Assembly (NCBI GenBank): GCA_951406725.2
Contig: OX597817.1
Coordinates: 87,110,001 to 87,174,000 of the forward strand
Direction of reading: 5' to 3'
DNA: 64,000 nucleotides
From: Octopus vulgaris
Lineage: Eukaryota
Below the pieces are notes generated by a model. That model was not told the origin of the DNA. It worked only from the letters and a program-made list of their open reading frames with translations, and made no database searches. Every line of letters begins with the position of its first letter. Position 1 is the first letter of the stretch. This document shows positions 14,479 through 27,628 of this stretch, one piece after another. Both the position numbers and the translations under genes were made by a program.

Positions 14479-15160
14479 TCGTGTATGTATGCGTAGTGGT
14501 TGTGTGTGTGGGGAATAACTATGCTTCACTTTGTGTATGTGTGCGTGTGTGCTTGTATGTGCGTATGTGTGTATACATGTATGTATAATTGTGTGTGTGT
14601 ATGTATGAGTGTGTGCTGTGTGTATGGGAGGTATGTGTGGGTTCATTTGTGTGTGTATGTACGTGCGTGTACTTGTGTGTGTATGTGTGCGTGTGTATGT
14701 GTGTGCGGGTATGCGTATGTGGGTGTATATACGTGTATCCGTGGGCTTGTGAGTGTTAGGTGTATGCATTCGTGTGCGTGTGTGCGTGCGTATGTGTGCG
14801 CATGTTTGTGTGTGCGTGTGTGTGTCTGTGTCTATATGTGTATACGTGTGCGTATATGTATAGGTGTGTATGTGAATTTGTGTATGCGTGTGTGGGGGGT
14901 TTGTGGAGTTTGTGTAGGCGTCATGTGCGTGCGTGTGTGCGTGTATGTGCGTGTGTGTCTGTGCCCATGTGTGTATAATTGTGTGCGTGTTTGTATGAGT
15001 ATTGTTTGTTGGAGGTATATGTGCGAACCTGTGCTGGTGTGTGTGTGTGTATCTACGTGTGTATATGTGTGTGTGCGTGTAGTATGTGCGTATGTATGTG
15101 CGTGTGTGTGTATGTGCGTGTGTGCATGTGTGTATGTGCGCGCGCGTGTGTGTATGCGTG
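13960..15160 (-). mobile_element. Non-coding Penelope-like pLTR/3' region with a CA-rich body
   Basis: Carries a minimal hammerhead and the downstream ttcctgagcg..taatac motif shared with the 3' end of the Neptune element (53200-53340). Homologous to 21915-22672 and ends in (TACA)n. Confidence 0.7.
14051..14085 (-). ncRNA. Minimal type I hammerhead ribozyme (Penelope type)
   Basis: Minus strand reads gttt-CTGACGA-a-gagc-tca-gctc-GAAA-c-GTT-aaac: intact core, stems I and II, and palindromic AACGTT for stem III. Confidence 0.8.
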
Positions 15161-15689
15161 GATCTAGGCCAGAATTTCCGACCATTTTATTGGAGAAAGA
15201 AAACTCTGGTGTAACACCTGCAGCTTGGTTTGCATTCAATGATGTAGAGTAGTTCTTGTTTTTGGGCGACTGCAAGCTTTCTTCAGAAAGTGAGATTGGT
15301 TCGGTACATGACCTTTGATCATAAAGCTTCAAACACAAGCATCGCTTGGTTTTATAACATCGCTTAGTATGTGTCTTTCATATCATAGTGAGCCGTAACC
15401 GAGAAAGGCAAAACATTCAACGAAAAATGTTATGATATAATGTGTCAACGTGGGTGGCAAAATCTCTGAACACATACTGCAAGAGGCGTTTTATCGTTGT
15501 CACAGCTGCGCATGATATAGTTCCCTAGAAAGACCAGAAAATGATATATTTGCTCCTTCCACATATAAACACGCAAGCACACATACAAATACGCGTTCAT
15601 GCCAGACAAACAAATAGTCTTAAAAGACTAATCAGACCCCTACATTCACTGGTTATGCTAATTAGGGTTCATCACTGTATTGCATAATA

Positions 15690-16260
15690 TCGCCATAATA
15701 AACATAAACACGTGTATAACACATGCTGTTATTCAGCATGTGTATATAACACACCGATACTAAGCACAACGATATATATACACGATGGCGATGCTAATGA
15801 TAATCTGGTATATAACATGACGCTACTAAAAAGTGTATATAAGAAGGCAATAATTTATCTACATAAGCATGTGCATATAACATAGCGATACTTCGCAGTG
15901 TATATAACACTACTATACGAACTAAAGGCATATGTATATAAGATGGCTAAGCCAATCATAAGTATGTTTATACAACATGGCAACACTAAATTGATGTATA
16001 TAAGGTAGCTATATAAATCGTAAGACTGTGTATATAACATGGCAATACTAAAGATTGTATATAAGATAACAGTACTATATATGTTAAACATGTACATATA
16101 ACATAACGATACTTAGCAGTGCTTACATAACACAGCTATACTAACCAAAAGAAGGGGAATATAAGATGGTTATACTAACAATAAGCATGTGTATATAACA
16201 GGGCAATGCTAAATAGTATATATAAGATGGCTGTATAAATTCTAAATCTGCATATGTAAA
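15690..16260. repeat. Degenerate ~30-bp minisatellite, also present at ~18930-19500
   Basis: Recurrent gtgtatataacatggcNatactaa-like units. Confidence 0.7.
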
Positions 16261-16642
16261 CACAATCAAGATATAAGCGAGGATTCATTTCCACAACAAA
16301 TCACAGTAATCATTGATAATGATGATAATAATCCTGATCGATATCAATATTATTATCATTTTCATGAAACTTGTTATTGTAGCAAATGCCTCGAGGTGGT
16401 CACGGTATCAAATTCAGTTGACTAAAAACATTGATTCGTGATTAATGTCATGTCTTAAGGCATCTGAAATGTCATTAAGGCGAAATATTGCATCTCAGTA
16501 TGTCGCCTGCTTAAAGTACCTTAAAACTGCTTCCTCTTCAACAATCGTTGCCACCAAACACACATCTTTTTCTTGTAATTTTACCATTTCAGGTAGAAGC
16601 TCCAGCTATCATAGTTTCGTGATTTTAAATTTCCTTCTCTGT

Positions 16643-16742
16643 NNNNNNNNNNNNNNNNNNNNNNNNNNNNNNNNNNNNNNNNNNNNNNNNNNNNNNNNNN
16701 NNNNNNNNNNNNNNNNNNNNNNNNNNNNNNNNNNNNNNNNNN
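16643..16742. other. Assembly gap (100 N)
   Basis: Run of n characters. Confidence 1.
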
Positions 16743-17288
16743 GTTTTAAACCCCTTTAAAAACCCTGTGCATTGACAATTTTGAAATATCAAGAGCTTTG
16801 CAGATTTTTCCTGCACTCTCTTAGGGATTTCGGTTCATTCACTTCTTCACAGCTTCAATAGTTTGGTATGAATTGATCATTTCCTACTAGGAATTGATTT
16901 GGTAGAGGTGGTAGCAGACTCCATATATCGTTTCCAGGTATTCAACACTGTTTTACGGCACACATCCTACTGCTTTATTATGTCTTTGTTGCTCACTCCA
17001 GATGTTTTCAAAGTGTCACGTTATAGACGGACGAAACAATAGACACATGAACAAAAGATAAATGCAAATCTTTATGTAAAATGTAGATAATATTACCTGA
17101 ACCGATATTCTTTAGGAAGAGTTTTAAACATGAATAAATATTTCTGGAACACACCATATACATACATACATACATACATACATACATACATACATACATA
17201 GTTAATCCAAACATAAAAACACAACAACGCGAGGACATGGAACAAGTATAGTATTATTGGACGCTCAGGAAAGAAGGAAAGAAGGAGG

Positions 17289-17323
17289 GTTTAACGTTTC
17301 GAGCTGAGCTCTTCGTCAGAAAC
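17289..17323 (-). ncRNA. Minimal hammerhead, duplicate of 14051-14085
   Basis: Identical sequence inside the duplicated block. Confidence 0.75.
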
Positions 17324-19971
17324 ATAGGAAAAGGAAAGATCCAAAGAAGGGAAGACGGACGAAAAAAATCACCAATGGTACACAAGCAGTCACATTTTGA
17401 ATGACCGGAAGGGAATGGGTGAAGAAAAGTTCTTTCAAAGACAGGAGAGTGCAAGAGAAGGAGGTATGTGTGTGTAAGTGTGGATATGTGCCTGCGCGCA
17501 GGTCTGTGTGTGTGTGTGTGTGTATGTGTGTAATGATAGCACGTGTGTGTGTGTGTGATTGTGCTTAGTATCGTTTAAGGTCAAGGAAGAATGAAGTAGG
17601 AGTGGCTCTTTTGTCTACCATGTGCATGGAAGAATGGTCAGTGAAAGGTACTGGTAGTTTGAAGTATGTGTGTGTGTGTTTTGTGTGCGTGTGTTGTTTG
17701 TAGTGTGTGTGTGTGTGTTCGTGTATGTATGCGTAGTGGTTGTGTGTGTGGGGAATAACTATGCTTCACTTTGTGTATGTGTGCGTGTGTGCTTGTATGT
17801 GCGTATGTGTGTATACATGTATGTATAATTGTGTGTGTGTATGTATGAGTGTGTGCTGTGTGTATGGGAGGTATGTGTGGGTTTATTTGTGTGTGTATGT
17901 ACGTGCGTGTACTTGTGTGTGTATGTGTGCGTGTGTATGTGTGTGCGGGTATGCGTATGTGGGTGTATATACGTGTATCCGTGGGCTTGTGAGTGTTAGG
18001 TGTATGCATTCGTGTGCGTGTGTGCGTGCGTATGTGTGCGCATGTTTGTGTGTGCGTGTGTGTGTCTGTGTCTATATGTGTATACGTGTGCGTATATGTA
18101 TAGGTGTGTATGTGAATTTGTGTATGCGTGTGTGGGGGGTTTGTGGAGTTTGTGTAGGCGTCATGTGCGTGCGTGTGTGCGTGTATGTGCGTGTGTGTCT
18201 GTGCCCATGTGTGTATAATTGTGTGCGTGTTTGTATGAGTATTGTTTGTTGGAGGTATATGTGGGAACCTGTGCTGGTGTGTGTGTGTGTGTACGTGTGT
18301 ATATGTGTGTGTGCGTGTATTATGTGCGTATGTATGTGCGTGTGTGTGTATGTGCGTGTGTGCATGTGTGTATGTGCGCGCGCGTGTGTGTATGCGTGGA
18401 TCTAGGCCAGAATTTCCGACCATTTTATTGGAGAAAGAAAACTCTGGTGTAACACCTGCAGCTTGGTTTGCATTCAATGATGTAGAGTAGTTCTTGTTTT
18501 TGGGCGACTGCAAGCTTTCTTCAGAAAGTGAGATTGGTTCGGTACATGACCTTTGATCATAAAGCTTCAAACACAAGCATCGCTTGGTTTTATAACATCG
18601 CTTAGTATGTGTCTTTCATATCATAGTGAGCCGTAACCGAGAAAGGCAAAACATTCAACGAAAAATGTTATGATATAATGTGTCAACGTGGGTGGCAAAA
18701 TCTCTGAACACATACTGCAAGAGGCGTTTTATCGTTGTCACAGCTGCGCATGATATAGTTCCCTAGAAAGACCAGAAAATGATATATTTGCTCCTTCCAC
18801 ATATAAACACGCAAGCACACATACAAATACGCGTTCATGCCAGACAAACAAATAAAAATAGTCTTAAAAGACTAATCAGACCCCTACATTCACTGGTTAT
18901 GCTAATTAGGGTTCATCACTGTATTGCATAATATCGCCATAATAAACATAAACACGTGTATATCACATGCTGTTATTCAGCATGTGTATATAACACACCG
19001 ATACTAAGCACAACGATATATATACACGATGGCGATGCTAATGATAATCTGGTATATAACATGACGCTACTAAAAAGTGTATATAAGAAGGCAATAATTT
19101 ATCTACATAAGCATGTGCATATAACATAGCGATACTTCGCAGTGTATATAACACTACTATACGAACTAAAGGCATATGTATATAAGATGGCTAAGCCAAT
19201 CATAAGTATGTTTATACAACATGGCAACACTAAATTGATGTATATAAGGTAGCTATATAAATCGTAAGACTGTGTATATAACATGGCAATACTAAAGATT
19301 GTATATAAGATAACAGTACTATATATGTTAAACATGTACATATAACATAACGATACTTAGCAGTGCTTACATAACACAGCTATACTAACCAAAAGAAGGG
19401 GAATATAAGATGGTTATACTAACAATAAGCATGTGTATATAACAGGGCAATGCTAAATAGTATATATAAGATGGCTGTATAAATTCTAAATCTGCATATG
19501 TAAACACAATCAAGATATAAGCGAGGATTCATTTCCACAACAAATCACAGTAATCATTGATAATGATGATAATAATCCTGATCGATATCAATATTATTAT
19601 CATTTTCATGAAACTTGTTATTGTAGCAAATGCCTCGAGGTGGTCACGGTATCAAATTCAGTTGACTAAAAACATTGATTCGTGATTAATGTCATGTCTT
19701 AAGGCATCTGAAATGTCATTAAGGCGAAATATTGCATCTCAGTATGTCGCCTGCTTAAAGTACCTTAAAACTGCTTCCTCTTCAACAATCGTTGCCACCA
19801 AACACACATCTTTTTCTTGTAATTTTACCATTTCAGGTAGAAGCTCCAGCTATCATAGTTTCGTGATTTTAAATTTCCTTCTCTGTTATCTAGTCTCTCT
19901 CCCTCCCTCCCCCTCTCTCTCTTTCTGATTTATTCTCTCTTCCTTTTCTCTCTTCATCTTTCTCTGTGCAC

Positions 19972-20054
<83 letters not shown>

Positions 20055-20430
20055 GCTGTCTGTCTGTCTAACTATATCAGTATATACATATAACTATCGT
20101 AAATATGAGGCTAATAAATTAAAATAATTTATTACCAGTAGTTAGTATGCATAAATAAAAGTCATAAGATTTAACATATTTTTAAAAATATAAGAGTGTA
20201 TAAAATATTTTTATACACAGAGAGGAGACCCTTGATAGGGCTCCTTACATGCCTAAAAGGGTATTTGAGTTCGGGATTTACTTATTCATTACTTTTTTTT
20301 TTGTTCGGTCAGGTGTTATAACAGCATGCCTCATGAATTTTCTTTTCGTGGTTTGGGTTTTAACTGCCATTTTAGGCATGTAAGGAGCCCTGTTCAAGGT
20401 CTCCTCTGTGTATAAAAAGTATTTTATACT

Positions 20431-20475
<45 letters not shown>

Positions 20476-20487
20476 TCTTTTTTTTAC

Positions 20488-20885
20488 TCTTTTTACTTGT
20501 TTCAGTCATTTGACTGCGGCCATGCTGGAGCACCGCCTTTGATCGAGCAACTCAACCCCGGGACTTATTCTTTGTAAGCCCAGTACTTATTCTATTGGTT
20601 TCTTTTGCCGAACCGCTGGTGACGGGGACATAATCACACCAGCATCGGTTGTCAAGCAATACTAGGGGGACAAACACAGACACACAAACACACACGCACA
20701 TATATATATATTACATATATACGACGGGCTTCTTTCAGTTTCCGTCTACCAAATCCACTCACAAGGCTTTGGTCGGCCCGCGGTTATAGTAGAAGACACT
20801 TGCCCAAGGTGCCACGCAGTGGGACTGAACCCGGAACCATGTGGTTGGTAAGCAAGCTACTTACCACACAGCCACTCCTGCGCCT
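20488..20885 (-). mobile_element. Full-length tRNA-derived SINE family 1 (CORE-like, resembling octopus OR-type SINEs)
   Basis: Minus strand reads ggcgcaggagtggctgtgtggtaag (A box)...ggttcagtccc (B box)...ccttgggcaagtgtct, with an internal (TA)/(TG) microsatellite. Many copies occur in the window. Confidence 0.85.
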
Positions 20886-20895
20886 AAATATATAT

Positions 20896-20976
<81 letters not shown>

Positions 20977-20989
20977 CTGTGTGGAAATT

Positions 20990-21701
20990 AAAGCCTTACT
21001 GCAGGAATACTAGGTTTTACAGACACAGGGAGGAATATAGATGTTGCAAACACTATAAAACAACCAGATAGACGATACAAAGAAAACAAGAAAGGGTCAT
21101 TCGGAGTTTTCTTTCCTCAGTCGAGTTCCAGATTGTCTTTCCCTCCTCTTTTCACTTCACTATGTCCCGGTCATTTTTTTCGCCCCTCCTTAATTCTTCT
21201 GTCCCTCTGCCTCTACCTCTCACTCTTCTCTCACCACGTGACCGGTGTTCGGTCAAGCCTGATTTTTCTTGGTTCGGCCATCGTCTGTGCATCATCTATA
21301 TTCCTCTCTGTGCCTGTGAAATCTTGTATCACTGCCATAAGGCTTGATTTCCACACACGCTAGCTTAATTTAATTCGTCCTTAGTCGAAAGACACCTGTT
21401 GTTATGTCCTGTTATTTGTATTTGTGTAACATTCTCCGTTTTTTCCGTCCTTGTTTTCTTATACAATCGCTGCTTTCTTCCAAGGAATCGAATGCTCTTA
21501 GCTTAGTTTTTTCTTGGGGCTGGCCAGATCGGAGCAATCTCCTGTATAACCAGCCGAAATTGCAAAGATAATCTGGAACTCGACTGAGGAAAGAAAACTC
21601 CGAATCACCCAACCTTGTTTCCTTTGCATCGTCTTTCTTGATGTTTTCTTGTCCTTTTTTTGTATCACCTAACTGTCAGGATGTTTTGTGTTCTTGTCCG
21701 A

Positions 21702-21715
<14 letters not shown>
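20990..21715. mobile_element. Penelope-like non-coding remnant with an inverted partial terminal repeat
   Basis: Perfect 36-bp inverted repeat at 21099-21134 and 21570-21605, extending imperfectly. Pyrimidine-rich body ending at (TA)n. Confidence 0.5.
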
Positions 21716-21773
<58 letters not shown>

Positions 21774-21914
21774 CATACACACACACATATATATATATGC
21801 ATGTATCTATGTATGTATGCATGCGTGCGCACACATGCATTTGTAGATATGCATGATACAGACCTACGCACAAATATCTCTATCTATCTATCTATCTACC
21901 TATCTATCTGTGTG

Positions 21915-22672
21915 TCTATGTGTCTATACACACGCGCAGACATGCACACATACACACGCGCACACACGCACACACACATATACACAAGCACCACACACAC
22001 AACTCCATGCACACACACGCATACTCACACACACAAACACATACGCACACATACGCACACACATGCACACACAGACGCATGCACACACACCACACAAAAC
22101 ACACGTACACAACATATACATACACGTACAAACATGCATACACACGCGCACACATACTTCAAACTGCCAGTCAAACACCTTTCTATTGACCATTCCTCTA
22201 CGCACATGTGAAGAGACAGACGACACAAAAGACCACCACTCCTGTTACCATACTGCTGAATACTACATTAAGAGACACAAAGTTCACTCACACATGCACA
22301 TATAAACAGCCAAAACAACACAAACACCACACACAACACACAACACACATGCATACACACGCACATATCCACACATACAGATAAATACTCCTTCTCTTAC
22401 ACTCTGCTGTCTTACAAAAAACTTTTTCTTCACCCATTCCCTTCCGGTCATTTCAAAATGTAAGCACATGTGGATCGTTGGTGATTTTTTTCCTCCTTCT
22501 TCCTTTCCTCTTGAACTTTCCTCCGTCTACAGTTTCTAACGAAGAGTTTGCTCGAAACGTAAAACTACCTCTCTTTCCTTCCCTGAGCGTCTGCTAATAC
22601 TTTGCATGTACCACGTCCTCGCGTTGTTGTTTTTTTCTTGTGTTTGTTTTTCGTTGTTTTGGGGGGATTTAC
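21915..22672 (+). mobile_element. Penelope-like pLTR remnant, older copy of the 13960-15160 family
   Basis: Colinear similarity (cacatacttcaaact.ccagt, ttttcttcacccattcccttccggtcatt, cctgagcgtc, gtcctcgcgttgtt). Degenerate hammerhead gttt-CTAACGA-a-gagt-tt-gctc-GAAA-c-GTA-aaac at 22532-22565. Confidence 0.7.
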
Positions 22673-22869
22673 ATACATACATACATACATAGGCGCAGGT
22701 GTGGCTGTGTGGTAAGTAGCTTGCTTACCAATCACATGATTCCGGGTTCGGTGCCACGCATTGACACCGTGGGCAAAATATATTCCGATAAGTAGATTAT
22801 CTCCCTTGGTTAGGCGACTCTCAATCCAGACAATTCTACTTCCGTGGATTACCCACGCCATTGTTGTTG

Positions 22870-23393
22870 TGTGCCATGTCATATTAATATTAAGCAGCTC
22901 GAATTAAAGAATTATTTGCGATTACATGGACAGTATGTTACTGGGAAAAAGGCGGATTTGGTTGAAAGGTTAAAAGGTATTAAAATTCTTTCCATAAAGA
23001 ACGTCAATGAATTAAAATCAGCAGACGAGAAGTATACTTCAGATCGGAATAAACAAAAACTTATCTCCTCTCGGTGAAGTTTTACCTGATCCTAATGTGC
23101 TGAAATCAGATTGGACTAAAGATCTTCATAAGTTGCCGAAATTTACGGATAATGACGATTACCTCGTGCTACGGATGAAAGCAAAGCGACAGTTAAGGAG
23201 TGACACATTTTACCATGACAGACGCAGCCATAAGATTAAGTATCACGATATTACCGAAAACTGCTCTCACTGCATTGTCCGGTGTCTGGTAATCCCGTCA
23301 ATACCCAACATCTAACAAAAAGAACAATCCTGATGACTGGGTATCAAAGGTCACGGGCAATGTGTATTCAACTGATTGCAGCTGCACAGCAGG
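22870..23393 (+). pseudogene. SAP-domain plus SWIM-finger protein N-terminus, frameshifted
   Basis: ELKNYLRLHGQYVTGKKADLVERL fits a SAP domain. VSKVTGNVYSTDCSCTAG fits the start of a SWIM finger. Confidence 0.7.
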
Positions 23394-23577
23394 GAAAGAG
23401 CCTGTTTAATTATTTTGATTTTTTCCCTTGTATAATAAATTATATTTTCTATGGATGTAAATAAATGTATATTAAAACAATAAATAAATGAGACTTAATT
23501 TTGAATATTTAAAAAAATCCCTATCATGTTTATCAAACACAAATGCACAGTCATATACATATATCTCTGAAGTTTGT

Positions 23578-23826
23578 CTAATAAACGGATGGTAAGGTGT
23601 GATCTATCGATGGTCCATTAGAATCGACGAAACGCTGGGAGCAAATCTGACTATTTGCAGTGTAAACAAAGTTTTTCCTCACAGGTCTCGATCTCTGAAG
23701 CCAAATACGATGAATAGCGACGTTTACAGAATATCTATGAAGTGAAGAAACTTTGCCGTCTACATTCTTCCCCCTATAATTGCTGCATATACAACAGTAT
23801 TTACACGATTTCTTCGGAGACATCAT
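23578..23826 (-). pseudogene. THAP zinc-finger domain, probable transposase first exon
   Basis: YCCICSN...SLHRY...RIWLQ...ICSQRF...LPSVY follows the THAP pattern, with the metal-binding His replaced by Arg. Confidence 0.75.
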
Positions 23827-23852
23827 ATTAACCGGTCATATATATATTTATA

Positions 23853-23899
<47 letters not shown>

Positions 23900-24234
23900 T
23901 TGTGTGTCTGTGTTTGTCCCCCAACATCGCTTGACAACTGATGCTGGTGTGTTTACGTCTCCGTAACTTAGTGGTTCAACAAAACAACCTGATAGAATTA
24001 GTACTAGATTACAAAAAATAAGTCCTGGGGTCGATTGGCTCGACCAAAGGTAGTGCTCCTGTATGGCCGCAGTCAAATGACTAAAAAAATAAAAGAAAAA
24101 AGAATACAAGATTATGTTTATATATATAAATCCTTAAATCCTTAAAAATGTTTTAGCCCGAAGGCCGCGGCCATGCTGGGGCACCACCGATTTGTTTTGC
24201 AAGATTTCTGATGTGAAATCGTGTGTTGAAACAG

Positions 24235-24618
24235 ATATTGTTGTATTTAGGAATGGTCATTTAGCCAGTTTAGCCAATAAAAACACACGCACTATATATT
24301 TGGTGTTACTTTGCTTCAGCGTTATTAATTTTTTACATTAATCTTAATCTTATTTCGGCCAGAGTTCTTTCGTCACACTCCTGTGACCTCACCAGTGGTC
24401 CTTCGCTTTCTTCTTTCTTATTTGTGTGTCTCTCCTTTTGTATTTTGTATTCCTATTATATGTGTCTTCATTTGCGCATGCGTATACCTCTATGTGTGTC
24501 TATGTTTAGTTAGTGCGTGTGTGGGGGGAAGTGCCTGTAATATTTGTATCACCTGTTTATATATATGTTCGTGTAATTTGTTTTTTGTTTTTGTTTTTGT
24601 TTTTGACCATTCCTAAAT

Positions 24619-24628
<10 letters not shown>
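24235..24628 (-). mobile_element. Penelope-like remnant with a 25-bp inverted repeat and a hammerhead-like motif
   Basis: atattgttgtatttaggaatggtca (24235-24259) is inverted at 24604-24628. Minus strand 24357-24401 reads ggacca-CTGGTGA-g-gtcac-aggagt-gtgac-GAAA-gaa-CTC-tggcc. Confidence 0.6.
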
Positions 24629-24691
<63 letters not shown>

Positions 24692-24786
24692 TATATTTAT
24701 ACTCTTTTATTCTTTTGCTTGTTTCAGTAATTTGATTACGGCCATGCTAGGGCACCACCTTTAATCGAGCAAATCTTCCGCAGGAC

Positions 24787-24817
<31 letters not shown>

Positions 24818-25412
24818 TAACAAGTACGCTTCGTCATCATATGGTCTCGGGTTCGATGCTAGGGCGTGACACTTTCGACGAATGACTTTTACCATTGTCT
24901 CGGTTCGACTTTAGGCTTTTGAATGGAATTGCGCATTAAAGGAAACTGTACAGAAACTCGCTGAATAGCCTGTGCTGGTAATTCAAAATCCTCAACAGCT
25001 TCTTCACAATACTTCTGCTTTAAGATTATGTTAGATCCATAAGTCTCTGTGGAATACTCGGCAACTTAGAGGTTAATTTAATAAGTAGGTAGTTCAGTTG
25101 AATGAAGAACGAAATATTTACTATGGAATGCAGTGGAAAATCCATTAGCCATCATTCGACAACGAAAGTTCAATATAAACATTTTAAACATGGTTTGGCT
25201 TCGAGCACCATAAAGTGCTCCTTCACCGATTCGTATTATACGTCAGAAAGAACGTGACGTGGATTAAAAGGATCTTCAACATAATAATCTCTTTCTCAAG
25301 TTCGGCTTTTTGCTGTACGACTGGTACTAGATTATAAGCACGCATGTATGTGCGTGTGTGTCTGTGTGTGTGTGTGTGTGTGTGCATATCTGTATATCTA
25401 TGTGTATATGTG

Positions 25413-25510
<98 letters not shown>

Positions 25511-25859
25511 TGTATGTATGTATATATATGTGCATATATACATGTATGTATATATATAATTATGTATCAATATTTATTTTTTTAGTTATCATATTCTTCT
25601 TCTTTATACCTCAGACCTGCAATCTATCGCTTATATCACTTTACTGCATTTCAAGTTTTGCAGCAGAACAAAACGATATATTTTTATTGATCAGAATCAG
25701 TTCTGAGGTTTAGATTTTCAGCAAGATTAGGATCAATTCCAGAAAGTTTATCACTTAAGTGTCATCCAATAATCAGGATACTGCACTGAATCTACCGCTC
25801 TGCTCTGTTCTGTCTGCTTGTCTATCTATTTCTCTCATTCTCTCTCGCCTTCATCCCTC

Positions 25860-25899
<40 letters not shown>

Positions 25900-26139
25900 G
25901 CTTTCTCTAATGCACTTACTGCGTCTCTAATTCTAGATATCGTTTTCTATTGCCTTGTTTCTGGTTTCTTCGTTCGGTCCTGTTCGGCATATTTGTAATT
26001 TCAGCTTTTGTTAACGATGAAGATGCGTATTATACATAAAAGAGGAAATAAAATCGCTGTTATTATGCTTCTATCTTATGATCAATGAACACAAGTATTG
26101 ATTTATTTTACCCAGGAAAAGTACAGAAATTCTCCTTTT

Positions 26140-26383
26140 ATCTTCTAATCATGTATTTCTGTCATTGGACTGCGGCCAGACTGGGGTACCGCCTGGAAGG
26201 GGTTTTAATTGAACACATCGACTCCAGTGATTACTATTTTATTTTAAGGCTGGCACTAATCTATCGGGTCTACTGCCGAACTGCTAAGTTACAAGTTCGT
26301 CAGCAAACCAATACTGGTACGTAGTGAAGCGGGCAAGCACAGACACAAAGACTTCCCACCGCACCCAATGTATATGTGTATAT

Positions 26384-26448
<65 letters not shown>

Positions 26449-26541
26449 CATATATACATACATATATATGTATGTATATATGTGTTTATATATGTGTGTG
26501 TATATATATATGTATACATATATGTATACATTCATACATAC

Positions 26542-26595
<54 letters not shown>

Positions 26596-26765
26596 ACGAC
26601 CAGCTTCCATACAGTTTGCGTCTACTGTATTCATTCACTAGCATGTATATAAACCCACTGTCCTGGGTTTATATTAGATAGCATTTTCCCAAGGTGCTGC
26701 GCAGTGGAACTGATCTGAACTGATGTGATTACAAACCAAACTTCTCAACCATAGAACCATGCCTT
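26140..26765 (-). mobile_element. SINE family 1, diverged, with an expanded internal microsatellite
   Basis: Similarity to 20488-20885. Confidence 0.7.
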
Positions 26766-26849
26766 CCCCTGGAATAGGGGCGACTATTTGAAATGATGAC
26801 TCTGTCGACATAAAAATTAACTCTATATGATTGGAACATAGAATAATTT

Positions 26850-27030
26850 CAGGCGAGTGGGTGTGTCGATTACAACGATCCGGTGCTCAGCTGGTACTTA
26901 TTTTATCGAACTCGAAAAGATGAAAAGCCAAGTCGACCTCGGTGGAATTTGAACTAAGAACTCAGACGGACGAAATGCCGCTAAGCATTTTGCCCGGCGT
27001 GCTAACGATTCTACCAGTTTACCGCCCTTT
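26850..27030 (-). mobile_element. SINE family 2
   Basis: Reverse complement of the 4401-4600 unit. Confidence 0.75.
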
Positions 27031-27560
27031 GAACCTAGAATACTGAAGGATTTGACAAATATATCTTGTCGAGCGATCTACCGTGTTTTCGCCATCACTG
27101 CTATGGGATTAATGAAATAATGGTTTACTCTCGGTGGGTTAAGCCGCACTAAAACACAGCAACGCTTTGAACACCGATTATCCGAAATGAGAAGCAATAT
27201 GAAAATGATTTTAAATTCTTTTGAATCAATAAACTAAGCTAGCAGTGAAATATTTAATGAAATGTCGCTAAAATAAATGCGAGTCAAATATTTTACCCAC
27301 TGTCCCTTCTCTTGCCCTGTAAGAAAAAAATCAGTAAGAAATCTAGTCTCTCTAATATATACAACAGTACATGTCACTCATTTTTATTTTACAAGATTTC
27401 CCGAATCAATGTAGTGAAAATTTTATCTTGTGATTTAAAAAATAATAGATGGTTAGTTTTCCTTATACAAATATTTTGATATACCAAAACCATTCTGGTG
27501 TGCTCCAGCTTGCATGGTACGTAGATGAAAGACATAAATATGTATGTATGCATGTATACA

Positions 27561-27594
<34 letters not shown>

Positions 27595-27628
27595 CATACA
27601 TACATACATATATACGTACATACATATA

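Larger units (their letters stand above)
13504..19886. repeat. ~3.1-kb near-identical direct duplication (13504-16642 and 16743-19886) around a 100-N gap
   Basis: The copies end and start exactly at the gap edges and differ by scattered SNPs and small indels. Confidence 0.95.
22774..23830. mobile_element. Internally deleted ISL2EU-like (or Kolobok-like) two-gene DNA transposon inside a family 1 SINE
   Basis: Convergent SAP/SWIM (+) and THAP (-) coding remnants. The SINE head lies at 22691-22773 and the SINE tail at 23833-24100. Confidence 0.6.

Noticed and set aside
16520-16590. Minus-strand mini-exon MVKLQEKDVCLVATIVEEEAVL followed by GT
   Set aside because: It is short, has a weak donor, and has no recognisable homology or partner exons.
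14326-18576. Long Cys/Val- and His/Thr-rich ORFs, also near 11.1, 21.7, 25.3 and 26.3 kb
   Set aside because: They are stop-free by-products of (TG)/(CA)/(TA) repeats.
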